This document shows, one piece after another, positions 42,165-58,769 of a stretch of 64,000 bases of DNA. Position 1 is the stretch's first letter, and each line of letters starts with the position of its first letter. The position numbers and the translations under genes were made by a program. Location: NCBI GenBank assembly GCA_951406725.2, contig OX597837.1:186001-250000 (forward strand), in the 5' to 3' direction. The notes under the pieces were generated by a model. The model was not told the origin of the DNA, did no database searches, and saw nothing but the letters and a program-made list of their open reading frames with translations. The DNA is from Octopus vulgaris (lineage: Eukaryota).

Positions 42165-42275
42165 ACTTTATTTAAAGCAGCTGAAAATTCAACAAAACCT
42201 GTTACTCTGAGTTTCCCGTTGCCATTCATCGGACAGTTTTGCACCCTGTTTCACATTTATGTGTTTACTCCGGTG
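42165..42275 (-). mobile_element. Short element with a variant hammerhead (42194-42240); related to 5568-5715
   Basis: Minus strand AAAACTGT CCGATGA ATGGCAACGG GAAAC TCAGA GTA ACAGGTTTT; stems I and III pair, stem II is decayed. Confidence 0.5.
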
Positions 42276-42580
42276 TATATATATATATATATATTGATAG
42301 GGCAAGACTGCTAGGTAGTCTGCCGCATGCTAGAAATAGATCATCAACGATCAAACTACAAAGAAAGTTCTCTAGAGGAAAAATTCAGCGAACACCAGAA
42401 CGAAATTTGGCGGGCAGGACAGATGAAAATTTATATAAAAAATTCGGCCTTTAACAAAAGAATTACTTACATAATTCAAATGTCCGTGGCCTCATCAGTA
42501 CAATCGTTCAGTGTAAATGCAATCTGTAAAAACTAACCCCAGCTTTCTGTGCCAAAACAGACACGTGTTTAGTTTTACCG

Positions 42581-42699
<119 letters not shown>

Positions 42700-42826
42700 C
42701 AAATAAGAAAATGGAGAAGATAATCGACAAACATCATCCTGTAAATATTCAATTATATCTATTTATTAATTGATTACAATCATACGTGTAAGTGATCCAA
42801 ATAAACGAATGAAATATGCAAGTAAG

Positions 42827-42885
<59 letters not shown>

Positions 42886-42886
<1 letters not shown>

Positions 42887-43685
42887 GAAATAAATGAATA
42901 TTAGATGAGTGTACAAATACTTAACTCTTACAGCCGTTTCTATCATGAGGCAGCCAAATCTTCCGAGAGTGAGAGTGACTTTATTTATTTACAATACCAT
43001 GAATTATAAAAGCACCTTAAAATGAAATTTTTACAATTCCTTACTATTTTTATTACATTATTTTTACTTTATTTTATTTTAACCTACTCTATTATTTTAA
43101 CTTGTGAAGGCTCATGGCTCAGTGGTTAGAGCGTCGAGCTTACGATCGCCAGGTTGTGTGTTCGAATCCCGGACTGGGCCGCGTGTTGTGTTCTTGAGCA
43201 AGACACTTTATTTCACGTTGCTCCAGTTTACTCAGCTGTAGAAATGAGTTGCGACGTCACAAGTGCCAAACTGTATCGGCCTTTGTCTTTCCTTGGATAA
43301 CATCGGTGGCATGGAAAGGGGAGGCTGGTATGCATGGGCAACCGCTGGTCTTCCAGAAACAACCTCACCCGGAGGGCATAGCAACCATAAGCAACCTTGC
43401 CTGGGAGGGTAACTTCCTAGGTGCAATCCCATGGTCAGTCATGACCGAAGGGGGTCTCAGCTCTCAGCATTATTTTAACTTACTTTCCCACATGTTAGTT
43501 TCCTAACATTTGGACTCGCTGAAGAAGCCTTGGGGCTCAACCATTGTCCAATCCCTGTCCAATGTTTGTTCATCCTTGTGTATCACTGACGTGATGAGGA
43601 TAACTTGGAAGATTTGGCAGCCTGATGGTAGAAACGGCTGTAAGAGTTTAGTATTTGTACACTCATCTATTATTAATTTATTTCT
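42886..43685. mobile_element. Inverted-repeat-bounded element (~78-bp arms) with a nested SINE
   Basis: 42887-42964 is the imperfect reverse complement of 43607-43683; the arm contains GAAACGGCTGTA (hammerhead 3' half). Confidence 0.7.
43103..43458 (+). mobile_element. tRNA-derived SINE family B, near full length
   Basis: A-box TGGCTCAGTGG and B-box GTTCGAATCC; highly similar to 62898-63150. Confidence 0.88.
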
Positions 43686-44021
43686 GTATATATTTCTGTT
43701 TACGTATTTATTGGCTTCTTTCATTCGTTTACTTGAATCCCTTACACATATGTTTACTGGCTGATGTTTGACGATTGTTTATCCAGTCCATTTTTTTATT
43801 TGCCTTATAAATCCTGGGTAAATTTCTAATTTACCCCCCACCCATACCTAGTATGCAATTGCGATATTGCCCTGCAATAGTTAGCACTTGGTTATAAATA
43901 CATAGGTATACATCCAGTAGTATATTTGATATTTAATATCCCTTAGTTGGTTTCTTAACCTCTAACACACACACACACACTCACACATATACATATATGC
44001 ATATAAATATGTATGTATATA

Positions 44022-44126
<105 letters not shown>

Positions 44127-44268
44127 GTATGCATGTATATATCTAAGTACGTATATATGCATATAAATATATATATATATATGTATGCATATATGTATTG
44201 AACAGCTAACCAGTGAAAATTGGATGTTTTACATCCTTATAAGAGGAGCTTATTTCCTTGTGTTAGAT

Positions 44269-44339
<71 letters not shown>

Positions 44340-45313
44340 AAAATTTAGAGAAATTTTCTACAAGTGACTATCATGTATAAAATAGTCAATAGACAACATG
44401 TAAGGTGCCCTATTGGGGTTACCTCTTTTGTGTATAAATGTACACTAATTTTATATATATTCATATTCCTCTAGCGAGCTTCAGCAATACCAAATTTTTC
44501 TCCCCTATTCTCCCCCTCTCTTTGTCTTTATTCATATTCTTATTCTTTTCCTTAACACTCGCACACATTATTTCTTCACAAATAAGTTTTCCCTTTTCTT
44601 CTCTCACTTTGTCCTTTCCACGCATTTTCGATCAAATCTCCTGCGAGTTAACACAGGATCCCTTGACGACGATGTAAACTTCTTTTTATTTTAAGGTATC
44701 TTTGGCCCGACGAGTACCCTCGTTTGGGTAATTACTACTTCCGAGATTCTGATAGATATGAAACATATGTGGCCTGAATTTTATCGGCTCCATTTCTAAT
44801 TTTGGATTTTATTTGTAAACACAGCAATCCCAGCTTTTTTTTTCAGCTTTTCAAACTCCGTACGGACAACATTCACAACCCTCTGCGTCAACAAACCACT
44901 ATTGTTCCTGAACGTCGTTTATTATATCTTGTACGGGCAGTCCAAAGCTTACTAACTTCCTACACCTTGATTCTTGGATCTCACCTTTACACACACGCAC
45001 ACACATACACACACATACGCGCACACACACACTCACACACACATATATTTACATAGAAACAAGTATATATTGACAAAGCCAGAAAGCTATTTTGTAAATA
45101 AATGCGATTTGGTATAATGAATTCGAGATAATAGAGGTATAAGAGTCTGCAAGGCGTCGTTCTGTTCGAGACGTAACTCATTTTTTTTTTATCTGTGTTG
45201 AAATTAACTGAAATAAAGTGACTTGCTCAAGGGCCCAATGTGACAGGTGCGCAGTCTGCAAATCGGATCTACGACCATACAGACCGGATGTAGATATTCA
45301 TCACACTGAGCAG

Positions 45314-45360
<47 letters not shown>

Positions 45361-45379
45361 AATATGCATGTATGTGTGC

Positions 45380-45410
<31 letters not shown>

Positions 45411-45730
45411 TAATATATATATATATCTAAATATTATGTATAACTTGGGCTAATTCCAACATGCTTTATTCGCATATGAATATTACCTTTGCACAAATTT
45501 TATACTGAGACAGTTTTCATATACACATATTAACATAAGAATATATACCTACATACATATGTATATATATATATATATATATATGTAAAGTATATATGCT
45601 TATATGTATGTCCATATATATATATAAGTACACATACACAAATAAATGTTTATGTGAATGTGAATTTCTTCTAACACGAACATAAAAAAATTCCTCAAAA
45701 TATAGAAAATAAGATTGAGTTTTATAAAAG

Positions 45731-45800
<70 letters not shown>

Positions 45801-46534
45801 AGAGAGACATAGCTATGCGGATAGCTAGCTAGGTGAATAAATGATTAGATAAATACATACGGAGAGCGAGAGAGAGAGCGAGAGAAAATGCAGGTTTGAG
45901 AGAAGACAGGATAAAGTTAAAATTTAAGAGGAAAAAATGGAATCAGCCGAAATGTATATAAATTTTAGGTTTTTCCTAAATATAGTATGATTCCATCTCC
46001 TTTCTTCTTTCGTCCAAATATATATCAAGAAAAAATACTTTTTTGTCAAAGAAGAAAAAATACGAAAAACATTTATAAAACGGAAAGAAAAGCTAAAATT
46101 AACAAAGGAATAAAGAAAAACAAAAGGAAAACATATAAAGAAAAACAAAGGAAAGAAAAAAACAAAGACAAAAGCCAAAACAAGACACCGCCTCCAACAT
46201 CAACAATAACAACTATAATACGCATATACACCCACATCCACAAACACACGGACACATTTACAAATACACAGATAGACCTATCCACATCTACATCAACAAC
46301 AACAACATCACTCATAGATTCTAAGAAATCTGAAAGTGAAGAAAGATATTTTGTGCAGCCCCCATCTACTCCCTTCCCTCCCATCATTCCCACCTCTCCC
46401 TCTCTTTCCTCCCTCCGCATCTCCTTCCCCTTTCCGAAGGATTATTTTTAAAGCACGATTTATTGAACTTACAAATACCAGCACACGTATACATGCACTC
46501 ACACTCACACTCACATATTTATATCTCTTTCTCT

Positions 46535-46699
46535 TTTTCTCTTTTACTTGTTTCAGTCATTTGACTGCGGCCATGCTGGAGCACCGCCTTTTTAGTCGAG
46601 CAAATCGACACCGGGACTTATTCTTTGTAAGCCCAGGACTTATTCTATCGGTATCTTTTGCCGAACTGCTAAGTGACGGGGACGTAAACACACCAGGGG

Positions 46700-46749
<50 letters not shown>

Positions 46750-46938
46750 ACACATATATATATATGTATATATATATACGACAGGCTTCTTTCAGTTTCC
46801 GTCTACCAAATCCACTCACAAGGTATTGGTCTGCCTGGGGCTATAGCAGAAAACGCTTGCCCAAGATGCCACGCAGTGGGACTGAACCCGGAACCATGTG
46901 GCTGGTTAGCAAGCTACTTACTACACAGCCACTCCTGC

Positions 46939-46943
<5 letters not shown>
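46535..46943 (-). mobile_element. tRNA-derived SINE family C, full length with internal (CA)/(TA) repeat
   Basis: Head GGCGCAGGAGTGGCTGTGTAG, B-box GGTTCAGTCCC, CORE-like TTGGGCAAG; three copies in the window. Confidence 0.88.
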
Positions 46944-46974
<31 letters not shown>

Positions 46975-46996
46975 TACATATATATATTTATATATT

Positions 46997-47064
<68 letters not shown>

Positions 47065-47187
47065 TACATATATATATATATACATATATATATACATATA
47101 CATATATACATATACATATATACATATTTATACACATGTATATATATATATTTATATATTTATACACATGTATATATATACATATAT

Positions 47188-48079
<892 letters not shown>

Positions 48080-48544
48080 CGTCCGTGTATGTACATGCGT
48101 TTCTGTGTACTTGTGTGTACGTGTGTGTATGTACGTGTATGCGAAATGATGCTTTCACATCAGTTTCGATGTCGGCCATTCAGTTGTTTGAATTTTTGAA
48201 CTAACCTGTAAGTAGCTCAGTACTCCACAGGCACGCATGTCATTTTAGTGTAATTTTCAAACTGTATCAGAGTGACACGGTGAGTGACAAACCTGCACAT
48301 GTGAATTAAAGGCAATATCTGTCTCCATACAATTTCCACGGGTCCAGGGCCCAATTTCACTCAAAGGTTGTCCTGCACAGTTCCAAGCAGATGTATCCAG
48401 CTTTCCAACAGGGCTTCAGTCAAATTTTTTTCTTTCGTGGGGGAAGGCTGTGGGACGGATATGGTAATAGATTTAGCGCCTACTGTGTTGGTCTGTCGCA
48501 AATCTCGGCTTGGAGTGCTACAAAATGCCAGTCATAGCAATTGA

Positions 48545-48790
48545 AATACTGGCAAAGTTAAGCTATTATACAAAGCACCTGGATTGGATGGTCTACGTTA
48601 TGAGCTTCATACATATTTGTCAGGCTCGTTAACCTCTTGGCAGATGACGTCTACTGCAGCAAGCAACAAAACAAAAGACTTCCCAGTTCCGTAAGCCGAG
48701 GAGTGATCTCCCTAATCAAGGATGAAGGCGAACAAAAGGGATTTCATTATTTCTGGCTCATACCTCTGCTGAATGCAGGAATCATCGACC
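48545..48790 (+). pseudogene. Degraded Tx1/L1 RT fragment
   Basis: KAPGLDGLRYE...LPSSVSRGVISLIK...PLLNA matches K.PG.DG...E / RG.I.LI.K / RPITLLN. Confidence 0.7.
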
Positions 48791-48959
48791 AATCCTAAGC
48801 ATCTGTCTGTCTCTCTGTCTATCGAGTGAAAAAAAATTAAATTTGTATTTCATCCTTCCATCCTATGGACAATTCTTTCTCTCGACAAGCATCAACACCT
48901 TAGCCAAAATATTGATCCCTGCATCCGGCGAACAAATTTGATAAATATATATAAATTTC

Positions 48960-49500
48960 ATCGGACACCAGATTCTTTGTGTACATTTTTGTATAACGTT
49001 GCCAGCATTTCATTTGCTATGAGCGGCTTTTTGCAGCATTGCTCACCCGAGAGTTGCGACAGACCAACGTAATAAGTGCCAAATCTATTACCGTCTCTGT
49101 CCCACCACTTTCCACCAAAAGTTGAGCGAAGTCCTTGTGGAAGCCGCATGCATCTGCTCGGAATCATGTAAAACGCACTCAAACTGGGCCGTTAAAGGCC
49201 AAATTCCAGCATTGTTTGTATATCACGCATTTGTTACACAGGTCATTTAAACGGTTTTCATTCCTTCGCGTCTTTGAGCACATACCTTAGTTCTCACCTA
49301 ACGTTACCTTCATGTTCCCACTGAAGAAATATTTGAGGGTCATTCTCACCGCTCTATTACCGCTTGCGCGTCAATCGTGACACCTAATCATCTGCTCTAA
49401 TTTACTCATTCAATGCCCTCTAATTTAATTGATAAAACTTATCGATTCTACTCTAATTGCTTTCTGCAAAGTATTCCATCACCGGCCGTTGACGTTTGCC
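48960..49500 (-). pseudogene. Possible mariner C-terminal relic
   Basis: Weak remnants YFFSGNMK..LG and ..KW...DGNRF resembling DYHLF..LK..L.G and RW.K....G.Y. Confidence 0.3.
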
Positions 49501-50199
49501 ACCATCAACCGCCAGTTAACTTAGATTCTAATCCACTCTCCATAATTTTTTTTTCACGCTGGGAAAGACATGTTTAGCTTCTAGCAATCGGGTCCCAGTC
49601 TGCTAAAATTCTCGAAGTCCACTGAGCAGAATCACAAATTTGTGGAATGTATAACCGACAGGCTGAAAGCATAGATATCCTTCTCTTTTTTTCTGCCTAC
49701 TGATTTAATAAATGCCCGGATGAAACAAATCCTTTGCATCATGTCTCAATTCAGGAAATCCAGTCGTACATCGATAGTCAAATATTTTCGAAGCAATACA
49801 GCCCCTTTTCTGATTCCAATCCGACTAAGACATACATGCTCCTCATAATCGTCTAATGACCAAAAGTTGCTAAGTAAACGTCCATGTTTCCAAACCGACA
49901 GAGGGTTGCGCGCATTTTTATACGATAATTTTAGCAATATTGTTTCTAAACTTGGGAAAGAGTTAAATAAATCTTCCGGGTAGTTTATGAGGTTTCTTTA
50001 TAAAAACCCTCTGCAAGTCTTTTGTTTAGGAAAACCTCCAGTCAAGTGGTTTTGGACGTTTTTTATTATGTTCACGATACGTTTATGGGGAAGGCGTTCT
50101 TAGGAGTTCTTTTGGTTAAATCCTTGAAGTCTTTGAATGTATACGTGAGAATATATGTGGATATATGATCTCTCTCTCTCTCTCTCTCTCCTCTCTCTT

Positions 50200-50244
<45 letters not shown>

Positions 50245-50498
50245 CTTTATATATGTATATGTGTATATATATATATAAGTAAATGTACACACACACAAAC
50301 ACACACATATATATATGAATAAATACACATGTAACAATAATACATACACACACATATATATATATGCAAATATATAAGTATTATGAGTATACACACATAC
50401 ATTTAAACATATATTGTTGTGCATATACATATAATATATATATGTATATAAATTTATATGAATATAAATATATTTGTATCTGTATATATATGTATATA

Positions 50499-50571
<73 letters not shown>

Positions 50572-50620
50572 CATATATATATATTGTATCTGTATATATA
50601 TGTATATACGCATATATATA

Positions 50621-50670
<50 letters not shown>

Positions 50671-50685
50671 TATGTATATATATAC

Positions 50686-50781
<96 letters not shown>

Positions 50782-51143
50782 CGAGAGAGGGAGAGAGAGA
50801 TGCAATACATAACTACGTATGTCTGTATAAGCGTATGCCATGAATATCAGACAGGATTTCTAGAAGTTGTGTCAGTCACGTAATACATAGACCTCGTAAC
50901 AGCACGATTATCGGTAGTAAACACAGGTATTGTATGGTAGAGTATATCTAAATATTTCATTCTATGCAGCTGACAATAGATGGCATTGGCTTGAACTGTG
51001 CATACGCACACACACACATATGCACATACGCAGCTACACACACACACCATACCATTATATATAAATATACACACACAAATGCACAACCGCTCTCGCGCAC
51101 ACAAAATGGCCTCCACGTTTATATATATATATGTATATATATT

Positions 51144-51190
<47 letters not shown>

Positions 51191-51277
51191 GCATGTATGT
51201 ATGTGTGTATATGTGTGTATATATATAGTTATATATCTATATACATATATATATATACATACATATATATATGTATC

Positions 51278-51345
<68 letters not shown>

Positions 51346-51532
51346 TATATGTATATATATATATATTTTATGTACACACACAGATATACTTACATAAGCA
51401 TATATATATATATTGCTATGTGTGTGTATATAAAATCTCTATTTTGCCTTTACAAATTTTATTTAATATTAGGAATCGAATCGAATAAAACGTAAGTATA
51501 GAATGATGAAAATAATTGTTTTCATTTCTTTC

Positions 51533-51629
<97 letters not shown>

Positions 51630-51751
51630 ATATATATATATCTAACTATCTATCTATCTACTTGTATATCTTTCTCAGTTCACTTATCTATTTGTCTGTC
51701 TATATATACATATATGTACATATGTATATATATAGATATATGTATACACAA

Positions 51752-51819
<68 letters not shown>

Positions 51820-52312
51820 ACATATGTACATACATATATACATAAATACAACAAAACATATCACCAACAATAGTTTAGAGTATTAATTCCTTGGTTCCAA
51901 ACTGATTAGGAAGGAAGATTAATTTCCTTCACAAAAATGACTTTTCTGGAACGAACATACTTAAAGGAATACAAGAATATAAGAATATATACTTTGGCGT
52001 CCATATTGGAAAATATACATTAAATCTTTCCTCATTTGCATTATTGTTGTTGTTGGTTTTGTTGGTATTATTATTATTATTTTTATTGCTATTATTATTA
52101 TTTTGTAAACCTTTTTGAACATTTTTCATATAAAAGTAAGTGAACATATATTTGAATATTTCAATCTGGGATATCAAATATCATTATATTTTGTTGCACC
52201 GAAAATTTTTCATGTGATTTCTTGAAAAAAAAAAATATATATTTCACGAATTTTTTTCTTCGAACCGAAGAAATTTTATAGAATGATGAAATAAAATAAT
52301 GTCTTCTCAAAC

Positions 52313-52423
<111 letters not shown>

Positions 52424-52457
52424 CATCATTCTATCTATCTATCTATCTATCCATCAT

Positions 52458-52508
<51 letters not shown>

Positions 52509-52597
52509 ATCTACATACACAAACACTGACACACACACACACACGCACACACTCACATACGCTTGTAGTAATACAAATACGGCACACAATACATAAC

Positions 52598-52697
52598 NNN
52601 NNNNNNNNNNNNNNNNNNNNNNNNNNNNNNNNNNNNNNNNNNNNNNNNNNNNNNNNNNNNNNNNNNNNNNNNNNNNNNNNNNNNNNNNNNNNNNNNN
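52598..52697. other. Assembly gap (100 N)
   Basis: Run of exactly 100 n. Confidence 1.
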
Positions 52698-52786
52698 GTA
52701 TACACACATATAAATATATGTGTGTGTGTGATTATGTATATATCTATATCTATCAATATGTCTATCTGTCTGTCTGTCTGTCTGTT

Positions 52787-52879
<93 letters not shown>

Positions 52880-52896
52880 GTATATATATATGTATA

Positions 52897-52991
<95 letters not shown>

Positions 52992-53706
52992 CTGCGTGCG
53001 TGTGTGTACAGACACCTAAATACCAGTACCCGTGAAGGGTGATAATGATTATGACACCAAAGCCTCTTCAGTATCGAGAACAATTGAACTGAAATTTTCA
53101 TCAGTTTCCTCCTTGGCATTATCATCATCACCACCACCACCACCACAACTACCGCGACCATCATCATTTTTACCTACACCAACAGCGTCAATAATATCAA
53201 TAACAATGGATTATTGAGAGGTGGCATTTAGATTATTATAGTGATGATAATGATAATGGTGATGATGATGATAATGATGATGATTATGGTGATGATTATG
53301 GTGGTGGTGGTGGTGAGGCTAGAGAAGGTGATGATTGTGGTGATTCTGGCGATGATGACAATGATGATGATGATGATGGAGAACGAGACAGCAAAATATC
53401 GGCATGTACAATCCATATCAACAAATAGTTGTATATTAATAGCAACAGCAATAACAACGATGACAACCACAATCTTCGTACAATCAAATACTCGCTCATA
53501 AATAACCACACACAAACACTAACACGCAGAGCAACTATATAAAAAAACCCAAACAAAACTAAAATATAAAAAAAAACACACAGATATACACGTCTGCGCA
53601 CACTCATATACATATATACCTATCTTTCTCTCTCTCTCTCTATGTTTATATATGTATATATATATGTATGTGTGTATATATATATATATGTATATATATG
53701 TATATG

Positions 53707-53738
<32 letters not shown>

Positions 53739-53746
53739 TGTATATA

Positions 53747-54271
53747 TCTATATATATAAAACTGTAGTTGTGTGAGTGTCTGTCTCCTACGATTTAGATT
53801 CCTAACTACTCCCACATTTTGCGGTGCAGTTTAACCAAAAGCGGGTATCTTATAGTGGTGATTCATATCGAGCCCTTCTGGGTATTAGCGCGCGTCTACG
53901 ATGAGTCTACGATTTTAAAAATAATTTAACATCATTTTTTATTCCATTTTAATGCATAATTTTTCGTGTGTCGATGGCGGCGGAGTTGGCGTCCACGCTC
54001 AAACACATGCACCTGTTTGCTTCTCCCCTTCTTCCCTCCCTCGTGAAGCTGTGGGGAAGGGAGTGTAAGGAAATCAACGTCGTAATGCGTCGTCAAGGAG
54101 ACCAGCGTTCTTTTAGAACAACGACTTCATGGCTTGAAGACACCAAAATTACCATAATTTTTTATTCCATTTTTAATGCATTTTTTTACTATTTTTTTGC
54201 TATAACTCACTAAAAATGCTTATATAGTTATTTCCCTTACAAAGCCGAGCAACGCCGGGCGATACTGCTAG
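53747..54271 (+). mobile_element. Non-autonomous Helitron (525 bp)
   Basis: A|TCTATATATATAAAACTG start; subterminal imperfect GC hairpin GCCGAGCAACGCCGGGC; ends CTAG|T; no TSD; within (TA)n. Confidence 0.85.
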
Positions 54272-54293
54272 TATATATATGTATATATATATG

Positions 54294-54467
<174 letters not shown>

Positions 54468-55735
54468 TATATACATATACATATATATACATATATATAT
54501 AAATTAATACACACACACATACATACACACACAGATATAAATACGATAACCGAAGTGAGATAATGCTAAAACATTATTGAAAGAAAATATAGAGAAATAT
54601 AGAAAATAGTTTTTTATTAACATTGAAACAGATTTAAGAAAATCCTTTAAAAGACAAAATATTATAAGATTAAAGAATAAAACAAACAAATATCATAAAA
54701 CATTAACAAATAAATTAATGGAAAAATAAGAATGGCGATTACTGAATATATTTATTTGTTTATATACTCATTTTCGAAATTATGGTTGTTGTTGTTGCTG
54801 GTGTTGCTCTTGTTGTTGGTGTTCATTGTTTTCCTTTTGTTTCTGTCTTGTCTTTTTAAAAAAATTTTCACTTGAAATTTATAAAAAGAATTAATTTCAC
54901 GATCGACACGCAGATGTGTGTGTGTATGTATTTATATATAGACACACACATATGTATGTGTATGTATATGAATATATGTATATTAGAATATATATACATA
55001 TATATACACACAAACGCATACATGTGATATTGCATATATAAGCATTTTTATTTTTATGCATAAATGTATGTATGCGTATATATATATCTGTGTGTGTATA
55101 TATATGTATGCTTGTATATGCATATTATATATATGCATACACACACATATATACATACATGCTGTATACTTACTTTCACGCACGCACACTAACTTAGATA
55201 TGCACATATATATTATACATATATATGTGAATATATATGCATACATATATACGTACACAAAGTGATATATACAAGATGTATCTTTATTGTAAAAGCCGAC
55301 CCTTTTTTCCGTCATCACGAATAATTAGCAGTAATCGTCTCTTGTACAAGGTCTTGGTATCTAGCTGATATGTGTAGTTATGTTGAGTCGACCTCAGTAC
55401 ATGACTGGTCCTTATATTATTGTTCCCGAAAGTTGGCGGGATTTGAAACTCCACACCTAAAATCCGTAACTAAACCATGCCAGATATTTCATCCCTCGCT
55501 CGAACGAGTTTATTAGTCCACCAGGTTTCTAATATAGGCTCAATACCTTTGAATTTCAGAGAATGTACAGTGTAAAACGTAGACCCTAGTACAACGCTGG
55601 TACTCGTTTTAATGAAACTCGTAAAAGGTCGAAGATATATTTGTTCTGAGGGCGAAATGGAAATAAGAATATGAAGTATATGGCTGATGAAGAGAGAAAG
55701 GGAAAATGATGTTGACTTAAAATGCCGTTGTTAAA

Positions 55736-55767
<32 letters not shown>

Positions 55768-56749
55768 CTACAGAAATTTAATTAAAAATCTAAAGAAAAA
55801 TAGCAACAACAAAGAAAATAATTACATGCACAGTGATGGTAGAGGAAGAACAATGGCGGAAGAGCGAGGGGAGCGATGCATAAATGGGACCACAAAAAAT
55901 TATTTTGTCATGTAATTATTAAATGTTTTCTGTGGAGTGTGTAAATTTCCCCATGTTAGTTTTCCTGTTGCATGGGACGAATGCAATATATATATATACA
56001 CAGATAGATAGATAAACTTACTTGGAAATCAATGCGTGACATTAAATATATAATAATATAAATAATATATATACATACCAAGATGGCGCCGAACTAACAA
56101 CAATTGTGTGTTAATGTGTCTCTCCTAAAGATTAAAGAAGTCCTTCAAGAGATCGATGTTATCAGAAGTGAAATTTGTCTGTAAAGCGAATATAAGTGAG
56201 AGTACAACAAGTCACTGTATTTGAGAAGAATATTTTCGCTTTTGATATAGTATTTGCGACTAGAACATACCTCGCGTACATACATACCTCGCGAGCACAT
56301 GTGTTGAAAGCACGTGTGTTACTTCCTGAAATCGAAGTGAATTTTTGTCTGTGAAACAAGACACAGTATTTTTGAGAAGGATATTTTCGCTTTTGATGTC
56401 GTATATCTGCGTGTTTTGAAAGCCTCTGAAAATTTGCTGCCTAATACCAAAATGCTTAAGAAAATATAGAAAGTATCGTTAATTTTTGCATCTACGAAAT
56501 CGGAACGCTATTCTTTCCTTTTGTTTACAAAATACAAGTGAGGAATATCAAAGGTCTATCTTAGTATCTATCTTCCTTTCTTATAAAACGGAATCACGCT
56601 AAGTGTTCTCTCAGCCGGTAAGGTAAGGACAAATATTATTTATTATTAGTGTTCTCTCAACCAGAAGATAATAATTAAAAAAAAAAGATATAAAAGATAT
56701 AAAAAATACGCGCAATTCTATCTTTAACGCGTTTGTTTACAGATTCGTC

Positions 56750-56893
56750 CTTCCTATCTGCCACACTCTCTCTCTATCTCTTTCTTACATTTCTATCTCT
56801 TACATTTCTTACATTTCTATCTCTGTCTTACATTTTTATACCTTATCTGTCTCTCCATCCACTAGACCCTCTATTTTCGCTCTCACTCTCCCC

Positions 56894-56927
<34 letters not shown>

Positions 56928-57860
56928 GCCATCGTTTCTCTTTCTGCATCTCTCTCTCAGATCAACTTTCTCACATCTCACCCCCCCTCTCAGTTCCTCT
57001 ACTTCACTCATTCTCTCTTGTATCTATATACCGCCCTCTCTCTCTCCCCCCTCTCTCTCTCTCTCTGTTACTCCCCCTCCCTTTCTCTGCCTCTTTTCTC
57101 TCCGCTCCCTCACAAGTCAAAGCCCTTTTCCTCTTCCCCTTCTGTCCCCTTATTTCTTTCTCTACACTACCCTCCCTGTCCCTTTACTACACTCTCTTGC
57201 ACCTCTGTCGCGCCCCTCTTTCCCTCTCCCCCCTTTTTTCTTCCTACCTTTCCTCTCCCTGCTCCCTCTAAGGCTCACCCCCTTGTCTCTTTTTTCCTCT
57301 TTCTGTCTCCTTCCTCCACACCACCCTCTCTGTCCCTTTACTTCACTCTCGGATACCTCTATCCCGCCCTCTCTCTCCCTCTCCATTTTCTCCCTCTCCT
57401 TTTTTCTCTCTACCTTTCCTCTCCCTGCTCCCTCTAAGGTTCACCCCTTGTCTTTTTTTCCTCTCTGTCTCCTTCCTCCACATCACCCTCTCTGTCCCTT
57501 TACTTCACTCCCTGGTACCTCTATCCCGCCCTCTCTCTCTCTCCCTCTCCATTTTATCTCTCCGCTTTTCTTCTCCCTGCTCCCCCTAGGGTCCATCCTC
57601 TTGTCTCTCTTTGCCTCCCTGTCCCTTTACTTTCTTTCTACTACACCTCTATCCCGTTCACTCTCACCCTGCTGACCTGCCATTCTTTCTCTTTTTTCTC
57701 TCTTTTTTTCTCTTTTTCTCTTTTTTCTCTCTTCTCTCAGGACAATCCCCTCGTCTCTCTCTCTATCCCCCCTGGCTTTTCTCCTTTCTCCTCTCCCTCT
57801 CCGGTCAACCATCTTATCTGTCCTTCTCTCTCTGTTCCTATATTTCACTCTCACTATATC
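56750..57860. repeat. 1.1-kb polypyrimidine tract with internal ~160-bp direct repeats
   Basis: ccctct.tgtccctttact... recurs near 57170, 57325, 57487 and 57615. Confidence 0.75.
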
Positions 57861-57918
57861 TCACAGCCTATACGTAGCATCCACCATCTCTCCAACTTAC
57901 TGTTGGTCAGCGAGAGAG

Positions 57919-58700
57919 TTGCAATTGTTCGTCCGCGCTTGGAAGATTGCCGAGGACGACTCGCCGAACAATATCATTGCAGCGGCGCTGAAGAGCAATG
58001 GTTTTTCAAGAACCACCGCCCAGATAGAGCGAAAGAAACGAGAATTTATCCGTTCATACGCTCTAATCAGGCAACATGTAGACACTCTGGACATCATCCT
58101 AAGAGGTGACGGCACCAGGGAAGGCCAAAAGGATGAAGAAAGCATCCAGGACCTAACAAAAGACAAAACCGAGAAACCTAGAACACAGGGAAACAATGAT
58201 ACATGTCCAGCTCCCAACACCACAACTGGAAACCAAAGAGGTTCGATGGCCGCAAGAAAAGAAAAGCACCCTAAAATTGATGGGAAATTGGAGGTAAAAG
58301 GCAGGAAAATCAAAGCTAAAACAAACCCTGTCCAGAGAAAACAAAAGGACCCCAGCAAGAACTATAAGAGCAAAGAGAGAAACAAATTCTGCCCGAAGGG
58401 GGACTGCTGGTACGGCGTCGAAGGTGCGAACTGTCGCTTTGCACATCAGAGGACCTACCAAAACCGCACGGACGCGAGACAGGGGTCCCTCCCGTAGGGA
58501 GAACAAAAACAAAAACAAAAACAAAAACAAAAACAAAAACAAAAAATATAAAAGAAGGAAACAAAGCACACTGACCACTCCTGAAAGACGATATGCGGAT
58601 GTGCTGCGCGGTAGCCCAACAAATGGCCAGCTTCACCCAGATGTGAGAAGGGCAGCAGCTGAACAGCAATCTTTTTTGTGCATGGCACAAAAAAATTGTT
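57919..58700 (+). pseudogene. CR1 ORF1 with a CCCH-type zinc finger, disrupted near an (AAAAAC)n tract
   Basis: CPKGDCWYGVEGANCRFAH; YADVLRG and QSFL further downstream in another frame. Confidence 0.6.
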
Positions 58701-58769
58701 CAGCAGCTGACCTGGCTACAAGCACAAAGCTGGAACTACCACCACATAAGGCCACCACCAACAGATGCA

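Noticed and set aside
43103-43180. tRNA-like sequence with good A and B boxes (also 62898-62975)
   Set aside because: No proper acceptor stem and it runs into a shared repeat body, so it is a SINE head rather than a tRNA gene
44720-44780. ctgatag...gaaacatatgtg hammerhead-like words
   Set aside because: No stem II and no valid NUH site; too degenerate to call
45730-45800. (CG)8 followed by (GA)n, potential Z-DNA
   Set aside because: Common compound microsatellite with no supporting context
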